From Lingula anatina (taxonomy: Eukaryota > Animalia > Brachiopoda): DNA of 64,000 nucleotides. Numbering within the stretch: position 1 is the stretch's first letter; every line of letters begins with the position of its first letter. The translations under genes were made by a program, and so were the position numbers. Below, one piece after another: positions 41,060-53,444 of the stretch. The stretch covers positions 7,626,001 through 7,690,000 of the forward strand of contig CM120640.1 of NCBI GenBank assembly GCA_051362555.1, in the 5' to 3' direction. The notes under the pieces were generated by a model. It did not search any database. It worked only from the letters and a program-made list of their open reading frames with translations, and was not told the DNA's origin.

Positions 41060-41667
41060 GTGTTGCATTTATATTGAAAATAGTGAAAAAACAGCATAAA
41101 TTCCCTCAAAATGGCCCAATCATGCTGATTTTCGAACTTGACCTGCGTATTATGAATATTCATCAGTTCTGTAAGTTTCAAGTCAAAAGGTAAAATGGTT
41201 TTCCACTTATCGTGTTATCGGTGCTGCATATATGCTGAAAAAAGTGAAAAAACAGCATAAATTCCCTAAAAGTGACCAAATCATGCTGATTTTCGAACTT
41301 GACCTGCGTATTATGAATATTCATCAGTTCTGTAAGTTTCAAGTCAAAAGGTAAAATGGTTTTCCACTTATCGTGTTATCGGTGCTGCATATATGCTGAA
41401 AAAAGTGAAAAAACAGCATAAATTCCCTAATAGTAACCCGATTGGATCGAGTAACACGATCATGCTGATTTTCGAACTTGACCTGCGTATTATGAATATT
41501 CATCAGTTCTGCAAGTTTCAAGTCAAAAGGTAAAATGGTTTTCCACTTATCGTGTTATCGGTAAAAGTGCACGGCGACGGCGACGACGGCGATGACAGCG
41601 ACGACGGCGACGACAGACGCAGATGATGGCTATATGTACAGACACATCTGTGTCTGTACATAAAAAC
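41060..41667 (+). repeat. Second ~161-bp array (3 copies) with the same microsatellite and hairpin end
   Basis: Same unit and same terminal gtaaaagtgcacggcgacgg..tgtacagacacatctgtgtctgtacat. Confidence 0.85.
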
Positions 41668-41822
41668 TAGCTTTATGCTTTCCGTCACTGGACCGGAGCT
41701 CTTGAAATAAAGTACATTATTTATAGAAGTTAATCTCACGGGTGTCTACGAGAACATCTGAAAATAACAGCTCCAACGAGATAAAATACGCACTATCATG
41801 TGAGTGAGTAATGTTATTCCCC

Positions 41823-41853
<31 letters not shown>

Positions 41854-42110
41854 ACACACCCCATTTCAAATACACTCGTCACTCTGGAAATCATGGTCTA
41901 GAATGAAACATCATATCGACCTTTACGCCTAATTTCCACATCCAACCAGAACTGAAACATGTTTGGATACAATGTACCATGAAGTGGTAATATACTACGA
42001 AGTCTCCTAAGGGTCCTTATTTTTTAACCAATGAAGTCGCCTTTTATCATGAAGTAGTAATTCTTATCCTATGAAGTGGTAATATACCATGAAGTATCTT
42101 AACAGACGTA
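41662..42110 (+). repeat. Dispersed repeat, second copy of ~21056-21490
   Basis: aaaactagctttatgctttccgtcac...gaagtggtaatatac...gaagtatcttaac is shared. Confidence 0.85.
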
Positions 42111-42169
42111 ATTTCTGAAAAGTCAGTCTATTTGTAGTTTTCTCTAACCTGTTTTGTTTTTGGACAGAA

Positions 42170-42620
42170 ACAAATTACTTGCTCTTTTGTCTACTCTTTT
42201 GTCATCAATTCCACATGTACACAGTCTCATATTTCTAGGGCGGCGTGACCATCTCCCCGCTTCAATAGCTAAACTATGAGCTAAACCAAGAACAGGCTAA
42301 CCTGTCACGTTCACTGAATCTGTATGATGATTACATATCATGTATAATCAAGTTAGGATTCATCTTTAAATATCTTTTATGTAACCGATTAAATTCTGAT
42401 TGAATTTCTAATTCGATTTTTATTTCGGCTCTATTTGCCTCTATAATGTTATAAGAATTAACCACTTTAGTCAGATATCGGGCTACCCTGGCGCTGTTGT
42501 CGTTACAATGCCGCCACACATGCATAAAAGGATCGTCTTCCATACAAGAACGTGATTGTATAGGAACTTAGTCACATAGGATTTTTGTGCAGCACGTGCC
42601 CTGGCGCTCAGTTCGGGTAT
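42170..42620 (-). mobile_element. 3' fragment of an L2/Crack-like LINE
   Basis: Minus strand encodes LAHSLAIEAGRWSRRPRNMRLCTCG. Confidence 0.65.
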
Positions 42621-42698
42621 CCCTAGTTCGGTTAGTGCAGTGTACTAATGCATTAGTAGTCTTTTGTCTGTCTTAACCCTCCATTTAAAAGAGATAAA

Positions 42699-43575
42699 CC
42701 CAGCGGGCAAAATATGTTGTTTTAACGTTGAAACAGCGTTGAACCATAACGTTGATAATAAGTTTGATTAACATTGGATTTGAAAGTTGACTCAACCTCA
42801 GATAACAACGTTGTCTCAACGTCAAATAACAACATTGTATCAACCCCAGTTGTTAGACAACATTCTTGCATGAAAAGACATTAAAATGGCCTACACTGTA
42901 AACACATCCAAGTGCCTGCTCTGTCTGATTTTTTCAACGAATTTAGCTCTTAAGCATGTTTTGCACCTAAGCATGGTACACCCTTTTAGCCTGGATATGT
43001 TTAGCAGTAGGACATGTTTGATGGCTAAATATATGTAGGATATAAATGTGTGGCCTTTAAGTTAAAATTTCCAGGGCATGTGTATATATATAAGAAAGTC
43101 ACAGTCACCTCAACCTGTCTATCTATAACAGGGTACCGAGAACTGTCAACTTTATTAACTACATTCCATCACATTTACAGCAACTTATTCATCCTAGTGT
43201 TAGCTGACCTTGCAAGGAATTCAGTTTATTGGAATGTATTTCTGAATAACAAGCTAAGAAAATTCACTAGTTCACTATATACACAAAACAACTGTCACTT
43301 TTACTTTAAACCTTTTTTTTGCTATTTTGATAAAGTTAGTTACAGTATTGATAAACAAAGTATCACGTTTTCAACAATTAATATTTTTAATTACAATCCA
43401 TGTCTTCAAGGTTGTGTCAATGACCAAAATACAACGTTGAGTCAACGTCACATTATGACGGTGTTTCGACGTGGCTGGAGCAACGTTGATTTTACGTTGA
43501 ATTTAGGTAGAACAACGGCAATTGAACGTATCAACCTGTTGTCAACGTTGATCCAACGCGACTATGCCTACTGGG
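42699..43575. mobile_element. Longer copy of the CCCAG-terminated element
   Basis: cccagcgggcaaa...tgcctactggg, AA on both flanks; internal similarity to 22634-23265. Confidence 0.85.
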
Positions 43576-46500
43576 AAGGGTGTTCCAGCTAGATGGACGA
43601 TTAAGATAGGATTTCTGAAGATAACTAGTATTGTTTACATCAGTTCTGTGAAAGCAAACGAGATGGGGTAGGCCTATCAGAACAATACTGCGTATACAAT
43701 TTATACAGAGGATTTGCACATTCATGTGACTTTAACTTGCCATCGAAGAGGATTTTCGATTATATTTCGTGATAAATACACTAAATTTAAAGAGATTAAT
43801 ATGATGGTTGACCCAGAAAATTTTACGCACAGTGCATCCGTGCACATGCCTGGATACGCCCCTGGATGGCCCTGTTCCCTCGAACAATACCTTTTCCTTC
43901 CGGGTAGTAGCTTGCACGAGAAGACGAACTTGATGACGTAGGACGTCGAATTTCTTCGCTATCTTGATCTTGTCCACTTTCGTCACAAGATGAATTTAAC
44001 GGTCTTGCTTTCGGTGCGTCCATTTTGACATTCTCCGCGTCGTCAAAACTGACTCTTAATATCTGATCACATGCAATTGATTTCAATAACAATAGGGCCA
44101 TTTTCGTTTTGATCGATCACGAATGTCTTAAGCGGTCCGCACAAGGTGAGCAATTGGCGCTGCGCCGTTTTCTCATCGTCTGCGGGGGTGTTTTGGTGAG
44201 ATTAATGCCTCTCATGCAGCTGAGCAATATATCTAGCGTGTTTGATATTTTTGGCCTCTCGAGGCAAATGGCACAGCGTGTGCAGGCTGCAAGCGCCGAT
44301 TTTTCAAGTCAAGCCAACAATGCGCATGTGTCGGCAGCCGGAAACAAAGAAAAATGGCGGCCCCCAGCGAAGTCGTATCGGAAGCTATTTTATAATCTGC
44401 AGAAGCGACTAAAGAATAATTTGCTAGTTTTGATGATTATGCAAAAAAGGTTATGGCGTAAACGGGAGTCATCTTATTCTAGCTGAGGTTTAGATGGTGT
44501 GAAAACGCATAATCATTAAAGGTGGGGAAAGTAAAGCGCCGCACCGCGCCGTAAAGCGTCTGAGCGGGATAGCTGTTATATATATCACTTGTAGTTGAGG
44601 GGAGGGAGGAGGAAACAAATTTTAAGATTTCTTACCTTAACTTTGTCTATTGTTTTCTACTTCTCTTTTCTTTGTCAACTTCACGTGCAGGCTCCACGGA
44701 AACTGGGAATATTCTGCCTAGGGTTCTTCTTCTGTGTTTATGTTACGTGACATGAGCCAACGTTGCCATTGGCCGGAAAGTCAGATTGATTGACATGAAC
44801 TGGTGCTGGACTTGTACTCACCCGTATTGTGTCATCTTCTCGGTCTCTGGTGCCAGTAGGGCGGCTGTACATCTGCTGCATTTTCTCTTGCGCGCTAGTT
44901 AATGGACGACCCCCGCATACGTTGGATTATAAACTAATTTATCCCATGCAAACGATAAATTTGTTTTTATAATCTGCAGAAGCGACTAAAGAATAATTTG
45001 CTAGTTTTGATGATTATGCAAAAATGTTATGGCGTAAACGGGAGTCGTCTTATTCTAGCTGAGGTTTAGATGGTGTGAAAACGCATAATCATTAAAGGTG
45101 GGGAAAGTACCGTACTTGGATTAAGAATGTGTACATTTATCCCGTGGACCATTTGAAGATTACACTGCGATTAATGCGGTGGAAAATACAATAGAGAGAG
45201 TGTATAATGATAGGGTCGCTAAACGATTGTTGACGGCATATAGTAACTAGCCTAATCCCCTGGTCGCCTGGGTATCCACGCCCCCTTAGAGTGCTTATGT
45301 AAACAAACGGTCTCCCGTAGCGAACTATCCTTTTGTTCAACAGCTTCGCGCGTGCAGCTGATTATGTATGTAGTGACACTATAGCTAACTGCATATAAAT
45401 TTGTGCTAGCTGTTATTTGTGTCGGATGTTGTGGATCAGCCCACTGGTTCGTTGACTTATGTTTTTCTGGAGATTTGTGGTGCAGATTTTGAGTGCTTAA
45501 TTATTTACCGTCCTTCTAACAAGAGAAAGGGGAAGGGAGATAAAAAGAGAGAGTGTCAAATGAAACAGGTAATGAGTAATACATTACAGTAAATAAAGGG
45601 ACATGATCCATAATATGACTCATTGTTGTATGACTTATATTTGTGCCGACTTACATTTTACTCTCGTTCATTTCTTGAAACTCTTTCCTTGAATAAAGTT
45701 TTGCCTGTATAAATTAACTTTGTGACATGAAGTAATTTTAATAAAAATTAAACGCGCCTGTTGAAAAGGGGGCTTTTCGTAACTAATAAAGGTTCATTCA
45801 CTATTCAGAAAAATATTGTCGCCGTTCGTCGCCGCTACCTTCGGGAAAGCGTACCCTCCGCGTGGATCACCGGCATTTTTGATCATCTGACAAATTAGGG
45901 CAATTTACGTTTTAGCTAATAATTCTAAATTTACTAATATTTTGGACTAAATTCGATGTCAGATTCATAGCAATGACGGAGAGCCGCCAGAGTAACTGTT
46001 TAATTTTCTAAACTAATCAAACTAGAACGCGTGGCGATAAAATGTGTCGCTAGATCTTTTAAACACTCAGCGAAATGCACCTAGTGACTATATTCAATGT
46101 GCCGTCACTTAATTGCTTTCTCGATTTCATTAATTGACGATAGTAATTGCAGATAACAATTAAGGAAGAGGAAATGCTGAAGACAAAACAACGTCGGGTC
46201 TTTGTGTGACTTTCACCCTAAACACTTTTTATGTTGCTGTCAAAGAAAAAGGAGTCTAGATAGCGATTATTTAAACCACCACTGCTGCTGCTTTTGCAGG
46301 TAGACTTCCTCGTTTATCATTTAAATGTTCCCCTCCCCCAGCAGACCCAACTTGATGCATGTACGTCTTGGTAGCTATAGTACAGATCTTGGTTCAAGTA
46401 ATGAAAGGTTTAAGCACAAAACGATAATTTGAGGCTATTTTTTCATTCAAGACAAAATTAAGTATCTATGGTGTGTGACAATAGGGACTTTACAAAGCTT

Positions 46501-49500
46501 AATTTGTCCTTAAATATATATATTCCAGTAGCATAGACGAGCGACGTAATTGTAACCTCAATCTGAGGTATGTCCGATGAAAGCGTAGTACAAAAATTAA
46601 CTTTTTTAAATATGGATTACAACATGCTGTACAATGATATTGAGACTAAAGGGTTTAATGGACTTCTTTGCCTTAAAAGCAATTCATTTCAAAATTAAAA
46701 GAAACAGTTTTTTCGGGGAGCGTGGGTAGACGGTTTACTTCAGGTGATTCGTTAAAGTCGAGGAGTGTTTCACTTTCAAATGTGTAAATCGTATATGTCA
46801 TAAAACACTATAAGAAAGTTTTTTGTTACGATCTGCAACATTTGTTCATTTATATGGCAGGGCGAAGTTAAAGCCAGTGGTAAATAGAACCTAATACCGT
46901 AATCCTCCTCGTCCATTTATTTAAATCGTATCAAAACGTATGATACACAATGTTCATTAATGTCATAATTTTGGCGATTTATTAAAACCATATTGGTACA
47001 TAAAAGTTTAAGATTAGCATAAGTTAAGCAACAACCAGTATGAAGAACAGCACCCTTTTTAAATGAGGCAAGACACCCTCTCCACACTGATTATAACCTT
47101 GAGAAAGACATTATGCAACTTAAGGCAAATGAGTTATGCAAAGTTCTTTCAACTCGTGTGTGAATACAACACATTCTTTGTCACTTTTACAAGACAATGG
47201 AGGCGAGCAAGTAGAGTAATTACAATATACAATAAAAAGGACATTAGTATAGAAAGCTTACTTCGGGTCAGCCCTTTGTTTGTTCGAATGAACTAGATAG
47301 ATATCGCGCCGCGACTCCCTTTAATAAACCTTCGATCGTGTGTTTGTGTAAAAGTGTGAAAGACAGGCAACGGTCTTTAGTCGCTGTTGGTATTGTTCGC
47401 AATTAATATTGAAGTATAACTCCTTCGCCTGCATGTAAACGTGTTACTTTTCCTCATGTTCTCTATATTTCTTTCAGGTGGTTGAGACAATGGGATGAGA
47501 TCGATAAAAGTAAAGGTTTATCTAAACAATTAGATGCGATTTTTGTGAAATGGCAGTGATGTGCATGTACGTAGCATGTTAAAATTCTTGAATTTCTAAT
47601 TTGTTAAACCTTTCATACACGGCCTCATATTTGTATTACTCTCAGGCCTTCGATATTATTGCGTTACACGGGACTCCTGGAAACCTGAAGCACAGGTCTA
47701 CGGAGTCTTGTTATCCTTCATGCAGTTTTATGGCTGGGATGTACACTGCGAAGTAGAAACAGGCTTTACTTAACTTTACTTAATGTACATGTACGACAGT
47801 TTAAACAAAACCAGTCTGCAAGGCTTGCTTTGATTTGGCGTTAACCTTACACTGGTTTTAAAAGAACAAATATAAATATGTTCGAAGGATTAAATGCCGG
47901 CTTCGTTATATTTTAACTAAATGTGTTCACTTGCACAGTTACACTGCTAATATTTTTAAGTTGTCTGTCGTTCAGCACGCATTACAGGCGAGTAGTTAAA
48001 TAGTGACGGTGATCAATCCAAGCTCAATCTTGGCAAGTATTGTTTACAAAATAGATCATGTTGAATAAACTTAATTACGCTTTAATAAATAATCAACACA
48101 CGGTTCGGTTATTGTCACTTGAAAGCTTTCAATCAAAGACGTTCAATGAAATCACAAATCATTTGACGATTAAAAAATGGACATGTTCAAGGCGCAGTTT
48201 TTGTTTCAGCTAAAGGGACTTCAGGTTCAGGTAGAGGGTTCAGTTACGTGTTTCATCGGATGATAGCATCACGCCCTAGGTCTAAGCGAGTTGAATAGAA
48301 GCTTTTTATCCAAACACCCTATTCCTAACTACTGAGTTAGGACAAAGGTCTAGTAACATGCACTGTGCAATTTCTATTAATGGATCAGATGCATACTTGA
48401 TTGTTTTTCCTCTGGTGTCGCACGTGTGCATCCTTTCTTGAGTGATCTGAAACAAGTTGCTAAAGTACCATGTTTCTCACTGTAGCAAAATATGTTCGAC
48501 ATGGCGTTTCTGAACGGCAGCCGGAGACACAGTAATTGTATAGGCTTGCTTTAAGCTTGTTCGAGAGATAATAACAGTCGGGTTTAACAATAGATAGCAA
48601 GCTATAGTAAGACCCCCTCCTCTTTATCTGATGATTTACAGTTTTAATTGACCGTACTTTCGTATATTGTATGATCATACAGCCAGACTTCCCCCTGTTG
48701 CACGTTGTAGTTGGATTGTCATTGCGCCTATGTCAATGCACCTCATTTAATTTCGATATTATAATATAAGCATAATATAAGTAATATGTTATTTCCTTAT
48801 TCCTCTTTCATTATCATTCATGTTTTATAAATACTTGAACGCTTGAATGCAGATATTTCAAATTAAAACGTAAGTACATAAATAAACTATACATTAATAA
48901 ATTAATGCAATAGGAATTTTTTGAGACAGATTGATGCTGACGCTCATGCATTTCAACCAAACAAACAATAATTAGTTCACTTTTTGACTGCGGAAATTTC
49001 ATATAGGATGAAATAACTAATAACAAATTGAACTAGCAGTTTTTTAGCAACACTAAAAACCAGCTGCGCGTGCCAAACTAGTAAACAAAAGGACAGTTCG
49101 CTTCGCGTGGCACGCCTTAGCATGGGTTTAGCCTCTTCAAGCTATATTCCTATCGCCGCAACAAACAATAGGGACCTTCTGGCTGATGTATCCTGCTGTT
49201 AATTACACCTAGTTACAGCGGATTGTCGCGCTCGCGCTGGGCCACAGAAACCGGCGTCATGGGGTTCACTCGTATTAAGTATTGTGTTATTCCACCTAAG
49301 CTATTGTGTTTGTGCGTTCGAATTTTGAAGGGATTTATACGGTCCTCCATTGTTTGTCCGCCCCCTTCTATTCACAAGATAGGGATTAAAACATTCCGAA
49401 CGTTGTTACACCGGTGTACAACGGAAACAAAATTATTCCGACCACTGTAAAGCGCCATGGAAAAGCTAGGCTTTAAAAGCCTGGGTTTTCTTCCCCACCC

Positions 49501-49815
49501 AAATTATTCTGAAGGAGACATAGTATGTTAAAAAGAAATTTATTGTTTTGCTAACTGCCTGCTATCTAAAAAATGATCGTTGTAATTAATGTAGACCTAT
49601 GTAAATAAATGTTATATAATAGTGAAGAATGTCTTGACGTCTTGTAGCTTGCTGCTCTTTGGTATGTATATACACAAATGCGTGCTCCTGAACAGTAATT
49701 AATTGTTCTTTACTCATATTTCAGGTCCGGTCCGTATACCAGCCCCGTTCTTTTAACTTAACTAGCAGAGCTTGAAGTCCAGTGTTTGTTCTATTTTGAC
49801 TAGATTGACATTTAT

Positions 49816-50619
49816 TTATGGACGTAGGTAAGTCTTAAAAGCATCTGAGCGCCAACGTCCTAACATTTGTATTTGCTGAGTTGACATGCCTGATTGCGCG
49901 GCAAGTGTTGCACCTCCTATGCGGAAACTGTGGCTCTTGATGTCAGATGACGTAATGCCTAAAGCCTTAAGGCTGTTGCGGAGAAGGTATCCAAATTGCG
50001 ATCTAGTGATGGTAAGTCCTCGTTCATTGACGAAGAGGTGAGGGTTGGTCACCTGAGGCCGGATCAGTAGGTAAGCCTGAAGATGATGTACTGGGCAAAT
50101 ATCCAAGGCTTGTTTGTTCAGTGTTATTCTGTATTGAGAAGACCCTCGGCAATGTTTGAATGACGTCAGAACGATAGTGATGAAGCTTTTCGATAGGTCT
50201 ACAGTTACATTTTTGAGGTGAATGGTATGGTCCTGACCCTTGTCTCCAAACGTAAATTCGCTGATACGTAATAGGCCGAAAAAGGCTGTGGTATACATGG
50301 CTTTAAGCATAATCGCCTGATATTCATTCTCTGTGATGGTGGGTGCGATGGAGTTAGTGGGGTCTGAGTACCCTGCCATCTTGTACTTGTGACTCAAAGC
50401 CGATGTGTAAGTTTTTATGGTTGATGGTTTGTATCGGCGGGTTAAGAACTGAATAAACATGGCTGTCACCTGTTGGTCTGCTGGAAAGCTGACGAGACCA
50501 GTTTCCGAAGTGAATTCCTGTAGTCGCACTTCCACCTTTTCGTATGTTTTATGAGTGCTGGGAGCTAGTGCTGCATGCAGCGTGTGCTTCAGTTCTGCAG
50601 CAAGCTGTGTGGTAGCCAT
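49816..50619 (-). CDS. Tyrosine recombinase of the Ngaro/DIRS-type element
   Basis: GLLRISEF (R), SFKH (K), CPV, SHSFRIGGAT (HxxR), GRWRSDAFKTY (W, Y). Confidence 0.93.
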   Translation of the reverse strand: MATTQLAAELKHTLHAALAPSTHKTYEKVEVRLQEFTSETGLVSFPADQQVTAMFIQFLTRRYKPSTIKTYTSALSHKYKMAGYSDPTNSIAPTITENEYQAIMLKAMYTTAFFGLLRISEFTFGDKGQDHTIHLKNVTVDLSKSFITIVLTSFKHCRGSSQYRITLNKQALDICPVHHLQAYLLIRPQVTNPHLFVNERGLTITRSQFGYLLRNSLKALGITSSDIKSHSFRIGGATLAAQSGMSTQQIQMLGRWRSDAFKTYLRP

Positions 50620-52403
50620 TGTGCGGGTATGGTGGTTGAGTTCTGGTTGGCCGTGGGATGTTGTCTTCGAAAACGCTGTAAATTAAAACGAGAGAGTGAG
50701 TCGGCTGCTATGTTGTTGACTCCTGGGATGTGAGATGCTCTAAAATGTATGTTATTCTGTAAACAGTGGAGTATCAAAATTCGCAATAGTTTGAGGATAG
50801 TTGTTTCTTTTGATGTGCATTTATTGAGTACTGGTACCAAGGCTTCATTGTCCGAGAATATGGTGACCTTTTTGTTGGCATAGATGGGTGTCCAGACCAG
50901 GAAAGCTACGACGATTGGATAGAGTTCCAAAATGGCTATGTTCATGTTCTTGTGTTCTGGTGCCCAGGGGCCAAAGAACCACGAGGAGCCAGAAACTGCT
51001 CCATACTCGAAGGAAGAAGATGCGTCTGTGTAAAGGAAGGGGCCGTTCCATTGGTCGTCGTGCATGAAGGCCTTGCCATTAAAACAACGCAGGAAAGATG
51101 CCCACATTGTTAGATCCTGGCGGGATTGGATGTTTAAACGTATTTTATGAGTAGGTTTGGCTGTTCCTTTGGTTAAGTCAATTAGTCGCCTTAGGAAGGC
51201 ACGACCTACGGGAATAATGATGCAGCAGAAGTTTAGGGTACCTATGATTGATTGAAGGTCTTTTAATGTTATTTTCTTCTTAGTCTGGTGTGTCAAAATA
51301 GTGTCCAGACATTTGTTCACCTTGTCCATTGGCAAACGTGCCTCTTGCTTTATTGAATCAAGCTCTATGCCGGCAAATGACATTGTTGTGGACGGCACAG
51401 TTGTTTTCTCCTTAGATATTGGCAGGCCAATGCTCTCGCACATTTCTAAGAAATGATTAAGATAGTGTTGGCATTCATCAAAGGTCTCAGCAGCGATGAA
51501 GAAATCATCTAAAAGGTGGATGATATTTCTAATGTTCAGTTTGTGTTTCGCAATCCACTCCACTGCTGACGAAAATTGTTCAAAGATGGCACAAGAGCAA
51601 GATAGGCCCATGGGAAGTGTTTTGTCAAAGTACAACTTATTGTTCAGTGATATACCGAGGAGGAAACGATAATCCAGGTGGATGGGCACCTGGCGAAATG
51701 CATTGAGAATGTCTGTCTTGGCCATAAAGCTGCCTGGTTTGAGTTGTTTCAGGATGGAGATGGCATCAGCTACTGAACTGTACTGGACTGTGGAGAATTC
51801 TTCCCGAATGCCATCGTTGATTGAGCTGTTGGTTGGGTAAGATAGGTGATGTATAAACCTAAATTTTCCTGGGGTTTTCTTTGGAACTATCCCTATAGGG
51901 GCAATTGAATAGAATGGCAGTGGTGAGGACGTACAGGGGCCTGCCATACGTTGTGCTTTGCATTCTGCCTTGATTTTTTCGTCTAGTTCGCGAGGCCAGT
52001 CATCCGCAGATTGCAGATTTTTTAGTGTTTGTGGAAGTGATGCGCCCTCAAAAGGTATTATAAAGCCATTGGAAAATCCCTCTACTAGGTATTGTGTTGA
52101 CGCCGGGTTGAACCCCGTCAGCCATAAAGCCAAGTTATCTGGCCGTATTGGAGTTACTATGCCACCTAAAAATTGCACGTATGGTTTGTTGGCCTGAATA
52201 TAGTCTTGTAAAAAAGGTCTAAAATTTTCTGGTGGCTTTGAAGGGTCGTTTCCTGTTGGAGTACGACTGATGTGGCGCTGTTTGGGGGCCCGAGTTCCCC
52301 CATTGTTGAGTGGAGCGAGGGCAGACTGTTGCAGCATGTGGCCCTTTGCAGGATGAGCATGAGTGTGTGAAGGTGCATGCTGATGTGTCACATTATCGGC
52401 CAT
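50589..52403 (-). CDS. Reverse transcriptase/RNase H (DIRS-type pol)
   Basis: PIGIVPKK..KFRFIHHLSYP, KTDILNAFRQVPI, LPMGLS, HLLDDFF; RNase H YTDAS, LELYPI, FSDN, HIPGVNNIAADSLSR. Confidence 0.95.
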   Translation of the reverse strand: MADNVTHQHAPSHTHAHPAKGHMLQQSALAPLNNGGTRAPKQRHISRTPTGNDPSKPPENFRPFLQDYIQANKPYVQFLGGIVTPIRPDNLALWLTGFNPASTQYLVEGFSNGFIIPFEGASLPQTLKNLQSADDWPRELDEKIKAECKAQRMAGPCTSSPLPFYSIAPIGIVPKKTPGKFRFIHHLSYPTNSSINDGIREEFSTVQYSSVADAISILKQLKPGSFMAKTDILNAFRQVPIHLDYRFLLGISLNNKLYFDKTLPMGLSCSCAIFEQFSSAVEWIAKHKLNIRNIIHLLDDFFIAAETFDECQHYLNHFLEMCESIGLPISKEKTTVPSTTMSFAGIELDSIKQEARLPMDKVNKCLDTILTHQTKKKITLKDLQSIIGTLNFCCIIIPVGRAFLRRLIDLTKGTAKPTHKIRLNIQSRQDLTMWASFLRCFNGKAFMHDDQWNGPFLYTDASSSFEYGAVSGSSWFFGPWAPEHKNMNIAILELYPIVVAFLVWTPIYANKKVTIFSDNEALVPVLNKCTSKETTILKLLRILILHCLQNNIHFRASHIPGVNNIAADSLSRFNLQRFRRQHPTANQNSTTIPAQWLPHSLLQN

Positions 52404-53310
52404 TGTTCCAGCGAAAGCTTGGCTTTCGCTGAGCGCGAAAGGGCTGTTCCCCTTTGGGACGCTGTATAAAACTAATATCTGCTAAGAGAATAGGGTCTGG
52501 TTTGTCCCAGCTGTATGCTAATGAATTGTAGTTGGAGCGGAATCGTTCGTCGTATGTTCGCCAATTTGAGGTATTATTGGCGTACATTTCCAGAATTCTG
52601 TTGTTATATTGTGTCAGTGGTACAGCTTGGTGAGGATGCTTTCGTAAATATACAGCTGAGAAGATGGTAAAGGCTGCCTGCCACTGCAGGAAGGTGATGG
52701 GGGCACTTTTTTTCTGGACTGGTTCCAAAATCATGTGGATGTTACCCTCCGCATCCTGTTTGCGCTTCTGTACGAGCTGCTCGTCCGTTAAAGCATCCTG
52801 GAGACCCAAGGTGTTGGAATTTCTAGGGATGAGGTCCTTGAAGGACACATATTCATTGTCCCAAAATTTTTGGCGGATGGACTGACTCAAATGGCTATCT
52901 ATGTGAGTAGTCATGGACTCACCTGTTGCGGTAGTTGGCGCCAATCCGGTGGGTTGGCCATAGAAAACCATGACTGGCTGCTGTGGTGTGGTAGATGTGG
53001 AGGGACCCGAGTTTCCCACCACATATGTTGGCTGAGGGCCTCTAACAAATGCTTGATTTCCCATGACTGTGGCTTGGATGCCTAAAGTTGTGGGGGGCTG
53101 TGTTATACTGGCGCCAGCTGTGGGAGTGCTGTGTGCGCCCATGCTCTCTGGTGTGGCTGCGACGGTAACTTGAGCACCCAGGGTGTCGTGACCTATCCTG
53201 GTTGTATGGTCTTCGTTCTGCGCTGTGTACAGTGCGTGATCTAGGGGGAGCCCAAGTACTCCCCCTGTGTTGTTGGAAACCAGTGAAGGAATTCCTGGTG
53301 GTGGGTCCAT
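52393..53310 (-). CDS. gag-like ORF1 of the YR retrotransposon
   Basis: 305 aa overlapping the pol start; IRQKFWDNEYVSFKDLI, WQAAFTIFSAVY, WRTYDERFR are typical of DIRS/Ngaro ORF1. Confidence 0.85.
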   Translation of the reverse strand: MDPPPGIPSLVSNNTGGVLGLPLDHALYTAQNEDHTTRIGHDTLGAQVTVAATPESMGAHSTPTAGASITQPPTTLGIQATVMGNQAFVRGPQPTYVVGNSGPSTSTTPQQPVMVFYGQPTGLAPTTATGESMTTHIDSHLSQSIRQKFWDNEYVSFKDLIPRNSNTLGLQDALTDEQLVQKRKQDAEGNIHMILEPVQKKSAPITFLQWQAAFTIFSAVYLRKHPHQAVPLTQYNNRILEMYANNTSNWRTYDERFRSNYNSLAYSWDKPDPILLADISFIQRPKGEQPFRAQRKPSFRWNNGR

Positions 53311-53444
53311 TACCTGGAAATGAAGAATAGTTAGTATGTAAGACTCCCTGAGCAGAGATGAAAGCCCTGCCAGCTTATGTCAGTAAGTATATAAAAATAA
53401 GGGAGGGGGGTGTATAGAGCATTAATAACCTTTGAAGTTTGAGT

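Noticed and set aside
39001-41560. Regular repeat arrays as a possible CRISPR
   Set aside because: Whole ~161-bp units repeat with no unique spacers, there are no cas genes, and the context is eukaryotic.
43050-43592. 180-aa ORF
   Set aside because: Lies within the non-coding CCCAG MITE; no recognisable motif.
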